A stretch of DNA of 61,945 nt, the filler included. It is 7 parts of 7 records of this genome, joined end to end, with 100 filler letters (N's around TTAATTAATTAA, not from the genome) between each part and the next. Parts side by side here need not be neighbours in the genome. Positions count along the whole stretch, not along the records: positions 41,659 to 47,852 come from SRR31147125_15903; positions 47,953 to 56,620 come from SRR31147125_15912; 5 more parts are not named here. One strand, written 5' to 3'. Below, piece after piece: positions 41,659 through 53,530 of this stretch; positions within the stretch are counted from its first letter, which is position 1, and every line of letters starts with the position of its first letter. The notes below the pieces were generated by a model. That model was not told the DNA's origin. It did no database searches and worked only from the letters and a program-made list of their open reading frames with translations. The translations under genes and the position numbers were made by a program.

Positions 41659-43145
41659 TAGGTGCTGCTGCAATTGACCGAGCTGAGGAAAGAAAGATTG
41701 AAATATTAAAAAAGGAAGGGTACAATGCCATACGAATTAGCCATAATCCCGCTTCAAAATCACTATTGAATGCTTGTGACAAACTTGGAATGTTGGTTAT
41801 TGAAGAAGCATTTGATGTTTGGCAGGTTCAAAAAGTTGACAATGATTTTCATACTTTTTTTGACGATTGGTGGAAAAAAGATTTACAATCGATGATTTTA
41901 AGGGGGCGGAATCATCCTTCTATAATAATGTGGAGTATTGGGAATGAAATACCGGAAGTAGCTGATTCTTCAGGGATTGAAATTGCTAAAAACCTTACCA
42001 GCGAAGTACGAAGGCTTGATCCGACCCGTATTATCACAGAAGGTTCTGTTGATTTTGCAAATTTTCTGGGTGGGGAGAGTACATGGGACAAAAGAGAACC
42101 TCATTTTTCACTACTCGATGTTGTCGGAGTAAATTATGGATATAATATATACGAAGAAGATCATAAAAAATATCCAAATCGTATTATGTATTCATCGGAA
42201 TCAATGACTCCCTTAACATTTGAAAATTGGGAATTAGTTGAAAAACTGCCATATGTAATAGGTAATTTTAGCTGGACAGCAATGGATTACCTGGGTGAAG
42301 CCGGGATAGGCCTTGCCAGGTTAGTCCCTGAAGATTCTGATAAAGATTTTGATGATAATGGATTGAGTGTAATAACATCTGCTTTTAATATCGAATCATG
42401 GCCGGTTTTTAATGCTTTTTGCGGTGAAATTGACCTGATTGGAAATAAAAAACCATCGTCTTATTATCGGGATGTAGTAATTGGGCGAAGCGAGATAGAA
42501 ATGCTCGTTCATCGGCCAATTCCTGAGGGAAAAGTTGAAGTGACTCTTCCTTGGGGATTTCCGGATGAATTAAAATGTTGGAGCTGGCCTGGAAACGAAG
42601 GGAAAAATATTCAAATAAATGTATATACCCGAAATCCTGTAGTTACACTTGAATTAAATGGGGAAGTTGTGGCAAAACAAATTGTTGATGTAAAGAATTC
42701 TGCAAGAGCTAAATTTGAAATTCCTTATCAACCTGGTACCCTTACTGCAAGATGTTATAAAAATGGGATTGAAATAGCTTCTGAATCTATTAAAACAGTT
42801 GGTAAGCCAAACGCTGTTCGTTTAGTCGCAGACCGAAGTGCAATTAAAGCAAACAGAAACGATTTGGCATATATTCAGACTGAAATAATTGACAGCAATG
42901 GAAATTTAGTACCAGTTGCTGATGATTTTAAGGTACTTTTTGAAATTAACGGAGTTGGTGAAATTGCAGGTGTTGGAAATGGTAACCCTTCCGATATGGG
43001 AAGTTTTAAATTGCCTGAAAAATCTACTTATCAGGGTAAGTGTTTGGCAATTATTCGACCATCGGGAGAAGAAGGAAAAATATTATTAAAAGCAAAAGTT
43101 AAAGGCTTGCAGGAAACTGAATTGGAAGTAACAGTAATTAGATAA
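41659..43145 (+). CDS. GH2 beta-glycosidase, 5' truncated
   Basis: YNAIRISHNP, NHPSIIMWSIGNEI (acid/base Glu), SSES, WTAMDYLGE. Confidence 0.92.
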
Positions 43146-43199
43146 ATATAAAGTTATGAAATCATCAACTTTTATGACAGTAACAAAATTTGAATAATA

Positions 43200-45556
43200 A
43201 TGAATACAAATCAATTTGTTAGAATATTAATTATAGCCTTCTTTTGTTTAAGTGGGCTTAATATAAATGCACAAAATAAATCTATGCCACAGCTTAGCGA
43301 AAACCAATTAGAAGATGTAATTAAAACCATGACACTCGAGGAAAAAGCAAATCTTGTTGTTGGCAATGGTTTTTATCTGCCGATATCTATTCCTGGTTCA
43401 CCTCTCAATGAATTAGTAAGTGCCAATCCAAAAGATGAACAAACAAAAGTACCAGGTGCCATAGGAACTACTTGTGCTATACCAAGATTAGGTATTACTT
43501 CATTAACAATGGTTGATGGACCATCCGGGGTTAATGTTTTAGATGTTGGACAAAAAGAGTCTACTATGCTACTTTATGGCCTTGTCCGGAATTGGTAGCC
43601 TGCAACTGGGATACAGGTTTAGCTACGGAAATAGGTGAAAAGTATGGTCATGAAACGAAAGAATATGGAATTGACATTATTCTGGCTCCCGGAATAAATA
43701 TTCACAGAAATCCATTATGTGGAAGAAACTTTGAATATTTTTCAGAAGACCCTGTGGTTACGGGAAATATGGCTGCTGCTTACATTAATGGTATTCAAAG
43801 TAATGGTGTTGGTACTACCCCAAAACACCTTGCCGCGAATAATCAGGAATTTAACCGTTCAGCCTCAAATACTATTGCCAGTGAAAGAGCCTTACGTGAA
43901 ATATACCTAAAAGGTTGGGATATAACCATAAATAAATCAAATCCCTGGGCTATAATGACTTCGTATAATTTAATAAACGGCATTTATACTGCTGAACATA
44001 AAGATTTACTTACCAATATTCTTCGGGATGAATTTGGTTTTAAAGGAACGGTAATGACTGATTGGTACGGAGGAAAAAATGTTATTGCAATGATGAAATC
44101 CGGCAACAGTTTAATTATGCCGGGTACCCCTGAACAGGCTAAAACCATCATTGATGCTGTAAACAACAAAGAACTTTCTGAAGCTGAACTCAATCAAAAT
44201 GTGAAGGATATACTAAATTTAATTTTGAAATCACCTTCGTTTAATTCATATAAATACTCAGACAATCCCGATCTTTTTTCCCATGCACAAATAGCAAGGG
44301 AAGCAGCAGCAGAAAGTATGGTACTCTTGAAAAATGAAAGTGAAGCTCTGCCATTTAAAAATGAAATTAAAACGATATCTCTTTTTGGTAATAGTGGTTA
44401 TGATTTAATTCCTTATGGAAGGGGTGGCGGCCAGGTAAATAGCGCCTATAAAATCTCTCTGGACGAGGGGCTGGCCAGGGCTGGTTATACTGTAGAAAGA
44501 AATATTGGAAACGCATATAAGAATTATATCACCCAGGAAGGATCAAAACATCAGATAAAACCCACTTTTGAGGAAATGATGAATCCTACATCACTTTTAA
44601 GTCTGTTTATTTTTGATTCAGATTTACTTCAAAAAACTTCAGAAATATCCGATATAGCTGTAATATCAATTGGCAGGTTTGCAGGTGAAAGCAAAGATCG
44701 TGAATTAAAAGATGATTACTATTTGTCGGAAATCGAAAAGGAACAAATAAAGAATATTTCAAAGGCATTTCATGCACAGAACAAGAAAGTAGTTGTTGTT
44801 TTAAATATTGCCGGAGTAATTGATGTATCGGAATGGCAAAATGATGTTGATGCAATACTGCTTGCATGGCTGCCGGGATCGGAGGGAGGTAATGCAATTA
44901 CTGATATTCTTAGCGGAAAAGTAAATCCATCGGGAAAATTAGCTTCAACTTTTCCTTTGAAATACGAAGACATACCTTCTTCAAAAAATTTCCCGGGTAA
45001 ATTAGTTGAAGGGGAATCTGCAATAGCCTTTGCCGGAGCACTATCTTATCCTACAGAAGTGATATACGAAGAAGGTATTTATGTGGGTTATCGGTATTTC
45101 AGCACTTTTAATGTAAAACCTGCATACGAATTTGGGTATGGTTTATCCTATACTAATTTTCAGTACGATGACTTGAAACTAAGCAACTCTGTTTTTTCAA
45201 ATGAATTGACTGCTTCAATTAAGGTTACAAATACAGGAAAGGTAGCCGGGAAAGAGATTGTTGAATTATATATTACAGCACCTGTTAATGATTTGGATAA
45301 ACCTGCATTAGAACTTAAGGCATTTTCTAAGACTAAATTATTAGAGCCAGGTGAATCAAAAACATTAACTTTTAAAGTTAATTCAAATGATTTAGCATCA
45401 TATAATACAAAAAAATCATCATGGATTGTTGATGCCGGGAACTATAAATTGAAAATAGGGGCTTCTTCTTTAGATATCAGAAAAATTGAAACATTTGAAG
45501 TAGCAAATGATATTGTGGTTAAAAAAGTTCAAAATGCATTTGACTCCCCAGATTGA
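43200..45556 (+). CDS. GH3 beta-glucosidase, with a frameshift near 43550-43595
   Basis: MTLEEKA, DGPSG, HRNPLCGRNFEYFSEDP, VMTDW nucleophile, EGIYVGYRYF, Fn3-like C-terminus. Confidence 0.92.
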
Positions 45557-45760
45557 CATTCAGAAGCTCTTTTCAATAAAAAATGTTACTGAGTAATTAT
45601 TTTATTTTTGGGTGATGTCTCTGTAGAATAGTGACCTTCTTTTTATAGTATTTGTTATTAATGTCTTAAAGCTTATTATTTGTTGGGTAATATTTTAATT
45701 GTATTTGATATTTAGTTATAATCTTCGTTTTAGTATGATTATTTACTCGACAATTTCTAT

Positions 45761-45786
45761 AAAGAGCTGGATTTATCCAGCTCTTT
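45761..45786. terminator. Intrinsic terminator
   Basis: AAAGAGCTGGAT-TT-ATCCAGCTCTTT between convergent genes. Confidence 0.7.
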
Positions 45787-45916
45787 TATGTATTTGATAA
45801 AAACTGGTTAACAAATTTGTGGTTTTGAACCTGAAATCTCTATTCCTAGAATTATTGAAAATTGATATGAATAATTTTGTCTATTCAGATATCAATATTT
45901 AAAAAAGCAATGAAAT

Positions 45917-46780
45917 TTACACGTTTTGAATTAACAGTTTCCTAAAAACTGTTGGTGAAGTTTTACAATTTAATTTGAACTGACGATTAAAATAAGACGT
46001 GTTTTCATAACCACATTCAAAAGCAATTTCAATTATAGTTTTATCTGTTTCTGTTAACAGCTTTCGTGCATGCATAATTCGCGTTTCATTTACAAATTCA
46101 GAAAATTTTTTCTTGGTTTTTCGTTTGAAATATCTGCAAAATGCAGATTCTTGCATATTAGCAACATTGGCAGCTTCCTTAAAACTTATTGTTTTTTGAA
46201 AATTTTCAGCTACATATTTAAATACATCATTAATAATTTTGGAATCGGTCAGGTTTCTAAGATTTAAATTATTTTCAGTATTAAGTAATATGGTTTCTTC
46301 ATAAACAGACAAATGGTTAACTAAATGAATAAATTCTCCTATTCTTTCTAAATCTCTTTTTTTATTTAGTAATTGAATTCTTTTTTGTATTGCTTTTGAC
46401 GGATTAACAAATTGAACCCCAAAAATTGATTTGTTTACTAATCTTGTAAAATGTGAAACTTCTGTTTTTTCAAAAAAATGCTCACCTAAGAAATTTTTTC
46501 GAAATTGAATGACAAATGCATGAGCTTGTTTATTTCCCTTTTCATAACCCCTTGTGTTATAAAAACAATGAGGTAGTTGTGGAGCAAATAAGAATATGTC
46601 TCCATCTGAAAAATTAATTACCTGGTTTCCAATATATAATTTCCCATGACTTTTTTTTATTAAAATAAGTTCATATTCATCATGTAGATGAAATGGTGAA
46701 GTAAATCGAGGTTGTTTAAATTCTTGAAAATGGAAAATACTTTTCTCGTCAATAAAAAGCTTTTCATAGGTTATTTCCAT
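45917..46780 (-). CDS. AraC family regulator (cupin + HTH)
   Basis: FHLHDEYEL, AFCRYFK, IAFECGYENTSYFNRQFK. Confidence 0.95.
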   Translation of the reverse strand: MEITYEKLFIDEKSIFHFQEFKQPRFTSPFHLHDEYELILIKKSHGKLYIGNQVINFSDGDIFLFAPQLPHCFYNTRGYEKGNKQAHAFVIQFRKNFLGEHFFEKTEVSHFTRLVNKSIFGVQFVNPSKAIQKRIQLLNKKRDLERIGEFIHLVNHLSVYEETILLNTENNLNLRNLTDSKIINDVFKYVAENFQKTISFKEAANVANMQESAFCRYFKRKTKKKFSEFVNETRIMHARKLLTETDKTIIEIAFECGYENTSYFNRQFKLNCKTSPTVFRKLLIQNV

Positions 46781-46977
46781 GGTATAATATTAGTTGTTTA
46801 TGTGTAAAAAAATATTGTTTGTGTAAATATAGTTCATTTTTCTGCAAATTAATTACTACATAGTAATTTGTTATTTACAATACATTCGTAAAGTAAAAAA
46901 TATAGGGTTATGTTGCTTTAAGAGAGTCATGTTGACATAAAATATGGACTAAAACTAATTACATTATAAAAAATTTT

Positions 46978-47852
46978 ATGATTTCAAATTATCCTAATTT
47001 CAATAAAATAATGCAATCGGCATGGTCGAACGGAATTGTAATTCCCGGCTTTAATATTCCTTATTTGCCAATGATGGAACCGGTTGTAAAAGCTTTGGTG
47101 GATACCGAAACTTTTGGATTGATAATGGTTGCCAGGCTCGAGTGTGTAAAATTCGAATCGGGAAGTATTAAAGCAATTTCTGAGGAGTATCAAAAACTGA
47201 AAGATGAAAAATTCACTCGTCTACATCTGGATCATATTCCTGTAATTGATGAAGACAATAATCAGGTCGATTTTGTAAAAGATATAAGCGAAGCAATTGA
47301 GTGTGGTTATAATTCTGTAATGGTAGACGGTTCTCGTTTATCGCTTGAAGGAAATATCGTGTGTACAAAAGAAATTGTTGCTCTGGCGCATCAGGCGGGT
47401 ATTCCTGTAGAAGCAGAATTAGGTGCAGTTATGGGGCATGAAAAGGACCATTGCCACCCTATGAAGAATTGTTTGCCTCGGCCAAAGGATTTACTTCACC
47501 CGAAGAGGCCAAAAGGTTCGTTGATGAAACAAATGTGGATTGGCTATCGGTAGCTATTGGTAATATCCATGGAGCAATCTCAGAAGCAAGAAAAGAAAAA
47601 AAGCAGGAAGCCCGTCTGTCGATTCCTCATTTGGATTTAATCAATAAAACTGTAAACAAGCCTTTGGTATTGCATGGTGGTACAGGAATACGAAAGGAAT
47701 ATCTAATGGAATCTTTCAAAAACGGCATCTCAAAAATAAACATCGCAACAGCCATTCGTCAACCTTATGAAAGAATGATTGGTAAATCATTGAAAGCCGC
47801 TCAGGATGCAGTTTACATTGAAATGATAGATATTATTGATAACCAGCTGGAG
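46978..47852 (+). CDS. Class II fructose/tagatose-bisphosphate aldolase, frameshift near 47445, 3' truncated
   Basis: LHLDH, SVMVDGS, VEAELG, VAIGNIHG, LVLHGGTG, KINIAT. Confidence 0.9.
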
Positions 47853-47954
47853 NNNNNNNNNNNNNNNNNNNNNNNNNNNNNNNNNNNNNNNNNNNNTTAA
47901 TTAATTAANNNNNNNNNNNNNNNNNNNNNNNNNNNNNNNNNNNNNNNNNNNNGA

Positions 47955-48965
47955 CCTACTTTATTAACTTACAATTTTATTAGTAAAGATTATGCTGACA
48001 ATTGGGTACCAGAAGATCTTCCCGATCCTGAACCGGAATTACCAGCTGGATGGCAAGATGATATATCGCAAATTGTAAATACAACTATTTCGTGGAAACT
48101 TTCAGAAAGCAATCCATTGGATTGGGCGAACCTCGACGGTTCTATGATGAACGGTTGGCAGGCAGCTGAAGATTATCCCGATTGGCTGGGAACACCAGAC
48201 CCAGCTGTTTACGGAGATTTCACTATGAGAATGAATTCTGCTGATGGCTCAATTGTGTTTGTAACTCCTGAAGGAACAGAAACTTCGGGAACCTATACAT
48301 TGGATGAAAAAGGAATTTATTCTTTTGATATCCCTGTTCCAAGTTTTAGTCTTATTAGCTGGGCAAGTTTTAGTGCCGACGCAAACAATCAACTGCGTAT
48401 TCTTCAGATTGAAAAAGATGCCAGTGGTTCTGTAACAGGAATGTGGTTAGGTGCAATCAGTGCCGATAAACCGGAATACATGGCCTATCATCTGGTACCA
48501 GGTTCAGGAGGAAACAGCGATGGCAATGAACCAGAAGGAACCGAAGTAACTTTCGACAATTCAAAACTGGTCTCCGGTGACCTTGAAGGAAATGGAAATT
48601 TACGCCTTGAAATCTATAACGATTTTGGAAGTACCAAAGCCGATCCTCCACTTGATGCCACTTCCGTAGTTTTTGACAATCGCATTGAAATTACATTCAC
48701 TCTTCAGGGAATAATCCTGAATGAAGGAGCTGCTGGCAGCTACAATACCGCAATTGGATTAGCAGATAACGACTGGTCGGCTCAATATTGGGGCGATGGT
48801 GCAGGCGAAGTTTCAATAAACGGAGATGGAACCTATACCGTTTGGTGCGAACCCGGCTCGTTTGACACTGCTCTTGTTTTTGTAGTCGACATTAAATCAA
48901 TAGTACCCGATATAACTAACCTGGAATCGGTTACAGCAACTATCGATAAAATTGTAATGTATTAA
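47955..48965 (+). CDS. Surface glycan-binding protein (SGBP-B-like), 5' truncated
   Basis: Open frame from the contig start, rich in Trp, Asp and Gly beta-strand sequence; sits upstream of GH5 in a PUL. Confidence 0.6.
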   Translation, partial: PTLLTYNFISKDYADNWVPEDLPDPEPELPAGWQDDISQIVNTTISWKLSESNPLDWANLDGSMMNGWQAAEDYPDWLGTPDPAVYGDFTMRMNSADGSIVFVTPEGTETSGTYTLDEKGIYSFDIPVPSFSLISWASFSADANNQLRILQIEKDASGSVTGMWLGAISADKPEYMAYHLVPGSGGNSDGNEPEGTEVTFDNSKLVSGDLEGNGNLRLEIYNDFGSTKADPPLDATSVVFDNRIEITFTLQGIILNEGAAGSYNTAIGLADNDWSAQYWGDGAGEVSINGDGTYTVWCEPGSFDTALVFVVDIKSIVPDITNLESVTATIDKIVMY

Positions 48966-48973
48966 TTTAAAGA

Positions 48974-49011
48974 AATCTCCCGGGTAAATGAATATATTTA
49001 CCCGGGAGATC
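48974..49011. terminator. Stem-loop between the SGBP and GH5 genes
   Basis: ATCTCCCGGGTAAAT...ATTTACCCGGGAGAT. Confidence 0.75.
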
Positions 49012-49021
49012 TTCATAAGAC

Positions 49022-50509
49022 ATGAAAATACCATATAAAATATTTTACTTCCTTTTTTTAATTTCTATTTTCGGGTGCGACAAAAAAAACGACAATATAA
49101 TTCCCGAAGAAGAATTTATTCCAAATCTTTCGGTATCGCCACTTAGTTTAAGTTTTGGACAGGAAGGTGGTTCCAAAACAATTTCAGTCAATTCTAATTC
49201 AACCTGGAAAATAAATTTCAATGAAGATTGGTGCAGGCCTTCCATTCAAACAACAAAAGGAAATGCATCGGTTACAATTAATGTCGATGCCAATGACCTT
49301 GAAACAGAAAGAAATACAACTTTTTCAATATCATCGCTCAATATTGACGACATTATTTTATCGATTTCACAGGAAGCTAAAGATCCGGTTCCGGTTGATT
49401 CTTCTAAACTGGATTATATCGATCCCGATATTACCGGCATGAGTACTGATGTAACAAATTTAGCATCGCAAATATTTCTAGGCTGGAATTTAGGAAACAC
49501 CATGGAAGCTACAGGCGGAGAAACTGCCTGGGGAAATCCTAAAACAACTAACGAGTTAATTGTTACCGTAAAAGATGCCGGAGTAAATGCAATTCGAATT
49601 CCGTGTGCCTGGAATCAATACCTCGAAAATCAAACTACATATAAAATAAAAGAATCCTGGCTCTTACGTGTTCAGGAAGTGGTAGACTATTGTGTTGAGA
49701 ATGATATCTACGCAATACTAAATATTCATTGGGATGGTGGCTGGATGGAGAACAATTGCACAACTGAAAAAGAAACCGAAGTAAGCAACAAATTAACTGC
49801 AATTTGGAAACAAATAGCTATTCATTTTCGCGATTACGATGAGCATTTAATTTTTGCCGGTGCAAACGAACCAAATGCAGAGAATCAGGAAGAGGTAGAT
49901 GTTCTTGCCCGGCATATGCAAACTTTTGTCGATGTAGTACGAGCAACAGGCGGAAAAAATACCTACAGAAACCTCGTTATTCAGGCACCTTATACCGATA
50001 TCGACAGAGCCGATCAATATATGATTATGCCAACCGATGAAGTAGATAACCGATTAATGGCAGAAGTTCATTACTATACACCCTGGCAATTTTGCGGTCT
50101 TGAAGAAGACGCAACCTGGGGGAAAGCATACTATTTCTGGGGTGAGCCTTTCCATTTAGAAGGTGCGGAAGAACGTCATCCCGATTGGAATTGCGAAGAG
50201 GATTACATGGAAACACAATTCAAAAAAATAAAAACCAAATATGTTGACAATGGAATTCCGGTTATCTTAGGTGAATTTGCGGCTCAAAGAAGATTGTTTC
50301 CCAACAATGAACTTTGGCAGGAAAAACATGATGAATCCAGAGCATATTTCTATAAAAATGTTGCTGAGAAAGCAAAAAATAATGGGCTAGTCCCTTTTTT
50401 ATGGGATACAGGAAAAGGTATTATTGACAGGAATAGCTTAACAATTTTTGACGAAAAAGATTATAATGCTCTTATTGAAGGAGCAACAAAAGGAATTTAT
50501 CCGTACTAA
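49022..50509 (+). CDS. GH5 endoglucanase/xyloglucanase lipoprotein with a BACON domain
   Basis: Lipobox IFGC; BACON-like N-terminus; GWNLGNTME, IRIPC.W, NIHWDGGW, ANEP, HYY, ILGEF. Confidence 0.92.
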   Translation: MKIPYKIFYFLFLISIFGCDKKNDNIIPEEEFIPNLSVSPLSLSFGQEGGSKTISVNSNSTWKINFNEDWCRPSIQTTKGNASVTINVDANDLETERNTTFSISSLNIDDIILSISQEAKDPVPVDSSKLDYIDPDITGMSTDVTNLASQIFLGWNLGNTMEATGGETAWGNPKTTNELIVTVKDAGVNAIRIPCAWNQYLENQTTYKIKESWLLRVQEVVDYCVENDIYAILNIHWDGGWMENNCTTEKETEVSNKLTAIWKQIAIHFRDYDEHLIFAGANEPNAENQEEVDVLARHMQTFVDVVRATGGKNTYRNLVIQAPYTDIDRADQYMIMPTDEVDNRLMAEVHYYTPWQFCGLEEDATWGKAYYFWGEPFHLEGAEERHPDWNCEEDYMETQFKKIKTKYVDNGIPVILGEFAAQRRLFPNNELWQEKHDESRAYFYKNVAEKAKNNGLVPFLWDTGKGIIDRNSLTIFDEKDYNALIEGATKGIYPY

Positions 50510-50567
50510 TATGAAAATGAAAAACCAAATCTGATTCTTTATCAGCATTATAAAACAAAATGATATT

Positions 50568-53402
50568 ATGAAAACTTTTTTTGCTTTTATTATTTCTGCA
50601 CTTTTAGCCTTTTCCTGTACACAGAAAAACTGGAAAAAAGGGGAAAATGGTGTAACAGTTTACCCTTTAAACCCAAAAGAGAATTCGGCAAAAGCCATTC
50701 TTATTTCTCCTATCGACGAAGAGATAATTAAGGTTTCGGCAAGTGCAACAAAATCATTCAGCAAAACAAAAAGCCTGGTCGCACTGGAAGAAAACAAACC
50801 GGTTAATTTTAATGTTGAAGAAAAAGAAGATAACCTGGTTATTTCCACTTCAAAAACAAAAATAGAGGTAAATAAAACCACCGGTGAAATTCTTTTTGAT
50901 GAAAATGGAAACCCGATTCTTCAGGAAAAAGAAGAAGGTGGAAAAACATTGAAAGAGATTTTGGTAGACGACGTAAAAGGTTATTCTCTTCAACAAGTAT
51001 TTGAAACGACAGAAGATGAAGCATTATACGGGCGAAGCCAACATCAGGCCGATGAAATTAATTACAAAGGGAAAAACGAAGAGCTGTTTCAATACAATAC
51101 CAAAGTCTCTGTTCCTTTTATAATTTCAACCAAAAACTACGGTTTACTCTGGGATAATTATTCATTCTCGCGTTTTGGCGATCCTCGTCCATACGGGCAA
51201 ATCAATCAGTTTAAACTATTTAACAACCAGGGAAAGGAAGGTAGTTTAACAGCAACATATATCGACGATACCGATAAAAACCATGTTTATACTGAAAGAG
51301 AAGAAACAATAATAGATTACGAGAACCTGGAAACCATCGAAAACTTTCCTGAAGGATTTAATTTTAACAAAGCAAAAATTACCTGGGAAGGAGAAATACA
51401 ACCCAAAGAAACAGGCGTATTTAAATTTCTGTTGTATTATGCCGGTTATACAAAAATCTGGATTAATGGAGAATTAATGGTCAATAAATGGAGAACAGCC
51501 TGGAATCCATCGGTTGCCAAGTTTGATGTTGACATGAAAGAAGGTCAGAATTATAAATTAAAACTTGAATGGATACCCGATGGCGGAGTTTCGTATATCG
51601 GATTAAAAGCACTTTCTCCAATTCCTGCCAAACAGCAAAACGACATATCATTCTTTTCTGAAATGGGCGACCAGATTGATTACTATTTTATGAAAGGAAA
51701 TTCGATGGACGATGTAATTTCCAGATACCGAACATTAACAGGAAAAGCACAGGTAATGCCAAAATGGGCTATGGGTTTTTGGCAAAGCCGCGAGCGATAT
51801 AAAACACAAGACGAACTGTTAAATACATTAACCGAATTCAGAAAAAGACACATTCCAATTGATAATATTGTTCAGGATTGGTCGTACTGGGAAGTAGATA
51901 AATGGGGAAGTCACGAATTTGAAAAATCACGTTTCCCAGATCCTGTAGAAATGATAAATAAAGTACACGAAAACAATGCACGCATTATGATTTCGGTGTG
52001 GCCTAAATTTTATCTTGGAACAGAACATTACAATCAGTTTGACAAAAATGGTTGGATGTACAAACAAGCCATTGACGATAGTATCCGCGACTGGATTTAC
52101 CCGGGTTATATTGGCTCGTTTTATGACGCTTTTAATAAAGACGCCCGTCAATTGTTTTGGGAACAAATAGATGAACATTTATATGAAAAAGGAATTGATG
52201 CCTGGTGGCTCGACGCAACCGAACCCGATATTTTATCGAATGCAAGCGTTGAGTACCGAAAAGAGCTAATGAATCCAACTGCAATGGGACCTGCAACAAA
52301 ATATTTTAATGCTTTTGCTCTTATGAATGCAAAAGGTATTTATGAAGGCCAGCGCGAGAAAAATCCAACAGACCGGGTTTTTATTTTAACCCGCTCAGGA
52401 TTTGCCGGAATGCAACGATACGGAACAACAACATGGAGTGGTGATATTGGAACATGCTGGGAAGATTTAAAAGCACAAATCCCGGCTGGCATTAATTTTT
52501 CAATGTCGGGTCTTCCTTACTGGACAATGGACATTGGCGGATTTAGTGTTCAGAAAAAATTTGAACAAGCCAAAGAAGGAAGTGAAGAGATGAAAGAATG
52601 GCGCGAATTAAATACACGCTGGTATCAGTTTGGAGCGTTTGTTCCGCTTTTCCGGGTTCATGGGCAATTTCCTTTCCGCGAAATTTACAACCTGGCTCCG
52701 GAAACTCATCCGGCTTATAAATCGATGCTGTATTACAACAAGTTACGCTACCGGTTAATGCCATATATTTATAGTTTAACAGGGGCTGTTTACCATAAAG
52801 ATTACACGTTAATGCGTGGGCTGGCAATGGATTTCCCTGCCGACCGCCGTGTATATAATATTGACGATCAATACATGTTTGGCCCATCACTGTTAGTTTG
52901 TCCGGTACACAAATATAAAGAGCGCCAGCGCGATGTTTATTTTCCAAATAATGGTGGATGGTATAATTTGTACACGGGAGATTACATTGCCGGAGGGCAA
53001 AAAATTAGTGTAGATGCACCCTACGAAAGAATGCCACTATTTATTCGTGAAGGTTCAATAATTCCGGTAGGCTTTAAAATTGAATATACCGGACAAAAAG
53101 ATGATGAACCAATTGATTTGGTTATTTATGCCGGGAAAGACGCGAGCTTCGAAATTTACAACGATGAAGGAACAAACTACAATTACGAAAACGGAAATTT
53201 TAGTAGCATTTCATTATCATATTCAGAACAAAATAAAGCGTTAACAATTGCACAAAGAAAAGGTAATTTCGATGGAATGAACAAAGAAAGAATTTTCAGA
53301 ATAAAAGTTATTTCACGAGAAAATCCGGCGGCTTTGCTTTCAAACAAAATAAAACCAATTGAGGTAAAATATAACGGAACAGAAACAACAATATCTTTAT
53401 AA
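50568..53402 (+). CDS. GH31 alpha-xylosidase with a PA14 insert
   Basis: PKWAMGFWQSRERY, IVQDW, WWLDATEP, WSGD, WTMDIGGF; PA14-like WRTAWNP region. Confidence 0.92.
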   Translation: MKTFFAFIISALLAFSCTQKNWKKGENGVTVYPLNPKENSAKAILISPIDEEIIKVSASATKSFSKTKSLVALEENKPVNFNVEEKEDNLVISTSKTKIEVNKTTGEILFDENGNPILQEKEEGGKTLKEILVDDVKGYSLQQVFETTEDEALYGRSQHQADEINYKGKNEELFQYNTKVSVPFIISTKNYGLLWDNYSFSRFGDPRPYGQINQFKLFNNQGKEGSLTATYIDDTDKNHVYTEREETIIDYENLETIENFPEGFNFNKAKITWEGEIQPKETGVFKFLLYYAGYTKIWINGELMVNKWRTAWNPSVAKFDVDMKEGQNYKLKLEWIPDGGVSYIGLKALSPIPAKQQNDISFFSEMGDQIDYYFMKGNSMDDVISRYRTLTGKAQVMPKWAMGFWQSRERYKTQDELLNTLTEFRKRHIPIDNIVQDWSYWEVDKWGSHEFEKSRFPDPVEMINKVHENNARIMISVWPKFYLGTEHYNQFDKNGWMYKQAIDDSIRDWIYPGYIGSFYDAFNKDARQLFWEQIDEHLYEKGIDAWWLDATEPDILSNASVEYRKELMNPTAMGPATKYFNAFALMNAKGIYEGQREKNPTDRVFILTRSGFAGMQRYGTTTWSGDIGTCWEDLKAQIPAGINFSMSGLPYWTMDIGGFSVQKKFEQAKEGSEEMKEWRELNTRWYQFGAFVPLFRVHGQFPFREIYNLAPETHPAYKSMLYYNKLRYRLMPYIYSLTGAVYHKDYTLMRGLAMDFPADRRVYNIDDQYMFGPSLLVCPVHKYKERQRDVYFPNNGGWYNLYTGDYIAGGQKISVDAPYERMPLFIREGSIIPVGFKIEYTGQKDDEPIDLVIYAGKDASFEIYNDEGTNYNYENGNFSSISLSYSEQNKALTIAQRKGNFDGMNKERIFRIKVISRENPAALLSNKIKPIEVKYNGTETTISL

Positions 53403-53424
53403 AGCACAAATACAGGTAGTTTAT

Positions 53425-53461
53425 ACGGGAAATTTGAACTTTGTTCTATTTCCCGTTTTTT
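53425..53461 (+). terminator. Intrinsic terminator after GH31
   Basis: ACGGGAAAT...ATTTCCCGT followed by a T-tract. Confidence 0.65.
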
Positions 53462-53530
53462 ATTTATTTATATAAAATGTAGTACTTTAATCGTAAAACT
53501 TGTATATTTTGAAAAATAACTTCGGATACA

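Noticed and set aside
41558-41660. Linkage between the CRISPR locus and the glycoside hydrolase genes
   Set aside because: They are separated by a contig linker and appear to come from different phyla.
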